NCBI RefSeq assembly: GCF_000953295.1
Contig: NZ_LN649255.1
Location: forward strand, 1 to 32,000
Source: Candidatus Portiera aleyrodidarum
GTDB taxonomy: Bacteria > Pseudomonadota > Gammaproteobacteria > Johnevansiales > Johnevansiaceae
Length of the DNA: 32,000 nucleotides
Direction of reading: 5' to 3'
The position numbers and the translations under genes were made by a program. Position 1 is the stretch's first letter. Each line of letters starts with the position of its first letter. Shown here piece after piece: positions 29,647-32,000 of the stretch. The notes below the pieces were generated by a model. That model had not been told where the DNA came from. It ran no database searches and saw only the letters and a list, made by a program, of their open reading frames with translations.

Positions 29647-30732
29647 ATGACCTTTAGTTCATATTATTCAAGTTATTACAAAAACTTAAACGAATTTGAT
29701 AAGATTAAGTGTTATAAAAAACTACCCAGTATATTAGAAATACGTAAAGCTCTTTCTATAAATACTGTAATTATGAAGATTATAAAATTACAAAGAAAAG
29801 CAATAAAAGAAATAATAAATGGTAAAGATAAAAGATTCTTAGTGATAGTAGGTCCGTGTTCAATACATGAGACAAAATCAGCATTGGAATATGCTAATAA
29901 ATTAAAAGTTTTATCTAAGGAATTAGAAGATCAATTATTTATTGTAATGCGAACCTATGTAGAAAAACCTAGAACAAATATTGGGTGGAAAGGATTATTA
30001 TATGATCCATCTTTAGATGGTAGTAATGATATTAATTATGGAATTTATATTTCTAGAAAAATTATGTATGATATAATAAATTTAGGATTACCTATTTCTA
30101 ATGAAATATTAAATCCTATTACCGTTGGATTTTTTGAAGATCTGATTAGTTGGGGGGCGATTGGAGCTAGAACTACAGAATCTCAAATTCATAGAGAAGT
30201 TGTTAGTGGTTTATCTTTTCCTATTGGTTTTAAAAATGGAACAGATGGAAATATATCTCAAGCTATTGATGCAATAAAAACAGCAGAGAATAAACATTTT
30301 CATATTGGGATTGATCAAAAAGGAAGAATTTCTACTATAAAAACAAAAGGTAATATAAATACACATTTAATACTTAGAGGGGGAATTAATGGACCTAATT
30401 ATTATAAAAATAATGTGATTTTATATTGCCAAGCAATGAAACGGCAAGGTATTAAAGATAAAATTATGGTAGATTGTAGTCATTCTAATAGTGGAAAAAA
30501 ACCTGAAAATCAACAAGATGTATTAGAAAATATATTAGAACAGAGAATAGATGGTAATAAATCTTTAATTGGAGTTATGTTAGAAAGTAATATAAATAGT
30601 GGGACACAAAAAATAAGCAAAAATCTTAAATATGGAGTATCAATAACTGATGGCTGTTTAAGTTGGGTAGAAACAGAAAAACTACTTCGAAAGACTGCAA
30701 TAAAAATGCGCCAAAATATAAAAAAATTATAA
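29647..30732 (+). CDS. aroG: 3-deoxy-7-phosphoheptulonate (DAHP) synthase, class I (AroF/G/H family; isozyme not assignable)
   Basis: 361 aa. Collinear with E. coli AroG (LVIVGPCSIHE, RTYVEKPRT..GWKGL, GARTTESQ.HRE, GFKNGTDG, VDCSH.NS). AAGGAAG Shine-Dalgarno sequence upstream. Feedback-inhibitor specificity cannot be read from the sequence. Confidence 0.9.
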   Translation: MTFSSYYSSYYKNLNEFDKIKCYKKLPSILEIRKALSINTVIMKIIKLQRKAIKEIINGKDKRFLVIVGPCSIHETKSALEYANKLKVLSKELEDQLFIVMRTYVEKPRTNIGWKGLLYDPSLDGSNDINYGIYISRKIMYDIINLGLPISNEILNPITVGFFEDLISWGAIGARTTESQIHREVVSGLSFPIGFKNGTDGNISQAIDAIKTAENKHFHIGIDQKGRISTIKTKGNINTHLILRGGINGPNYYKNNVILYCQAMKRQGIKDKIMVDCSHSNSGKKPENQQDVLENILEQRIDGNKSLIGVMLESNINSGTQKISKNLKYGVSITDGCLSWVETEKLLRKTAIKMRQNIKKL

Positions 30733-30753
30733 AAGGTTATTTATTTTTTAAAA

Positions 30754-32000
30754 ATGATAAAAACACATATTTTAGGATATCCACGTATAGGCACAAATAG
30801 AGAATTAAAAATAGCATTAGAATCATATTGGAAAAACGAGATTGATTTAAAAACATTAGAAAAAATTGGAAAAAAAATTAGAGTTAAAAATTGGATTACA
30901 CAATATAAAGCAGGATTATCTTATGTAACTGTAGGAGATTTTTCTTATTATGATCATGTTTTAAATCTTACTGCAATGATAGGCTCAATTCCTAAACGAT
31001 TTAATCATCTTGAAAAGAGTTTGGTTGATATAAATACATATTTTCATATGGCTAGAGGATGTACAAGAAAAGGAAATCCTATTTATGCATGTGAAATGAC
31101 AAAATTTTTTGATACAAACTATCATTATATTGTACCTGAATTAGAAATAAATAAAGATTTTTATTTATCCAATAATAATCTTTTTAATGAAGTTAAAGAA
31201 TGTCAAAATTTAGGTTTGAAACCCAAAGTAGTATTAATTGGTCCTCTAACTTATTTGTGGCTAGCAAAATCATCTATTAATAAACTTAATTTTTTGCCAT
31301 CTTTAATTAATGTGTATTCTAAAATATTAAAAAAATTAGAAAAACAAAACGTTGAATGGGTACAATTAGACGAACCAATATTAGTATTAGAAATACCAAA
31401 AATATGGAAAGATTCTTTTGAAAGAGCTTATAAAAATTTATCAAAAAAAATAAAAAAATTAAAAATAATGATAGCTTCTTATTTTGGAGGACTAGGTAAG
31501 AATTTAGATATGGTTTTATCATTACCTATAAAAAATATACATATTGATGTTGTTAGAGCACCTCAAGAATTAAATTTAATTGTAGAAAAATTTCCTAATG
31601 ATAAGATTTTATCTATTGGAATTATAGATGGTAGAAATATTTGGAAAGCAAATTTAAAAAAGATTTTAAAAAAATTAAAAAAAATTAATATTGTTCTTAA
31701 AAATAGAATATGGATTTCATCAAGTTGTTCTTTATTACATATACCAATAGATCTTAATAAAGAAAAGAATATAAATAAAAAAATTTTAAATTGGTTATCT
31801 TTTGCAAAACAAAAAATAGATGAAATAGTTATTTTATCTAAATGTATAAATAATGATTTAAAAAATGAAAAATATATTAAAGATTATACAAAAGCAATAG
31901 AATCAAGAAAAAAGTGTTATATGGTAAATTCTAAATCTGTAAAAGAACGTATAAAAAAAATAAAAAAGAATTATTTAATTCGTAATAAGTCATATTTACA
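30754..32000 (+). CDS. metE: Cobalamin-independent methionine synthase (5' partial, runs off window end)
   Basis: Open frame from ATG 30754 to the window end; it has no stop, so it is absent from the ORF track. I translated it by hand: MIKTHILGYPRIGTNRELKIALESYWKNEI...GDFSYYDHVLN...EMTKFFDTNYHYIVPEL. This matches the E. coli MetE N-terminal domain ([37 protein letters not shown]). Confidence 0.93.
   Translation, partial: MIKTHILGYPRIGTNRELKIALESYWKNEIDLKTLEKIGKKIRVKNWITQYKAGLSYVTVGDFSYYDHVLNLTAMIGSIPKRFNHLEKSLVDINTYFHMARGCTRKGNPIYACEMTKFFDTNYHYIVPELEINKDFYLSNNNLFNEVKECQNLGLKPKVVLIGPLTYLWLAKSSINKLNFLPSLINVYSKILKKLEKQNVEWVQLDEPILVLEIPKIWKDSFERAYKNLSKKIKKLKIMIASYFGGLGKNLDMVLSLPIKNIHIDVVRAPQELNLIVEKFPNDKILSIGIIDGRNIWKANLKKILKKLKKINIVLKNRIWISSSCSLLHIPIDLNKEKNINKKILNWLSFAKQKIDEIVILSKCINNDLKNEKYIKDYTKAIESRKKCYMVNSKSVKERIKKIKKNYLIRNKSYL

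Noticed and set aside
31319-31522. 67-aa ORF antisense within metE
   Set aside because: The plus-strand frame from 30754 translates to an unmistakable MetE N-terminal domain through this region. The antisense ORF is a hydrophobic composition artefact.
1-32000. Alternative genetic code (UGA read as Trp, as in several tiny symbionts)
   Set aside because: TGA terminates infB (5782-5784) and dapE (19129-19131) at or near the expected C-termini. Conserved Trp positions, for example DnaK GDAWVKV, use TGG. All large ORFs are uninterrupted under the standard code.
1-32000. Mobile elements, CRISPR arrays, defence/toxin-antitoxin loci, secretion or secondary-metabolite clusters, or other novel multi-gene systems
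   Set aside because: Every ORF over 100 aa is accounted for by a well-known housekeeping or amino-acid biosynthesis gene. There are no unassigned ORFs, no spaced repeat arrays, no transposase- or integrase-like sequences, and no compositionally foreign segment.

Overview
This window comes from an extremely AT-rich (about 80% A+T by eye, not computed), very gene-dense, reduced gammaproteobacterial genome. It is most likely an obligate intracellular nutritional symbiont. I can support 26 protein-coding genes and 3 tRNAs. Left to right: dnaK, dnaJ (+); pnp, rpsO, rbfA, infB, nusA, tRNA-fMet, tRNA-Leu, ftsH, greA, carB, carA, dapB, yggT (-); tyrS, tRNA-Ala (+); dapE, dapD, map (-); rpsB, tsf, frr, dnaE, tilS, rho, a class-I DAHP synthase and the 5' part of metE (+). 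Spacers are mostly 1-40 bp and several genes overlap. All ORFs are intact and the genetic code is standard: TAA, TAG and TGA all act as stops, and Trp is TGG. The content is housekeeping functions plus essential amino-acid biosynthesis (Lys: dapBDE; Arg: carAB; aromatic: DAHP synthase; Met: metE). I see no mobile elements, CRISPR, defence, toxin, secretion or secondary-metabolite genes, and no evidence of a novel multi-gene system. The points worth a second look are structural consequences of genome reduction. (1) DnaE stops about 36 aa after its internal clamp-binding motif, so it lacks the OB-fold and tau-binding C-terminus. (2) tRNA-Ala is overlapped at both ends by tyrS and dapE. (3) A 24-bp exact tandem repeat copies the frr 3' end to form the dnaE start region. 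(4) A near-consensus sigma70 promoter would start transcription at or next to the mature 5' end of tRNA-Leu. (5) The initiator tRNA (A1:U72) and tRNA-Leu (C33, U6/U67) have non-canonical features. (6) A roughly 14-kb block is inverted relative to the Pseudomonas-type order. (7) Several normally conserved genes (truB, rimP, folP-glmM-tpiA-secG, pyrH, accA) are excised scar-free. Synteny, a long-form DapD and a type-2 TyrRS point to a Pseudomonadales/Oceanospirillales-derived lineage rather than an enterobacterial one; this is inference.
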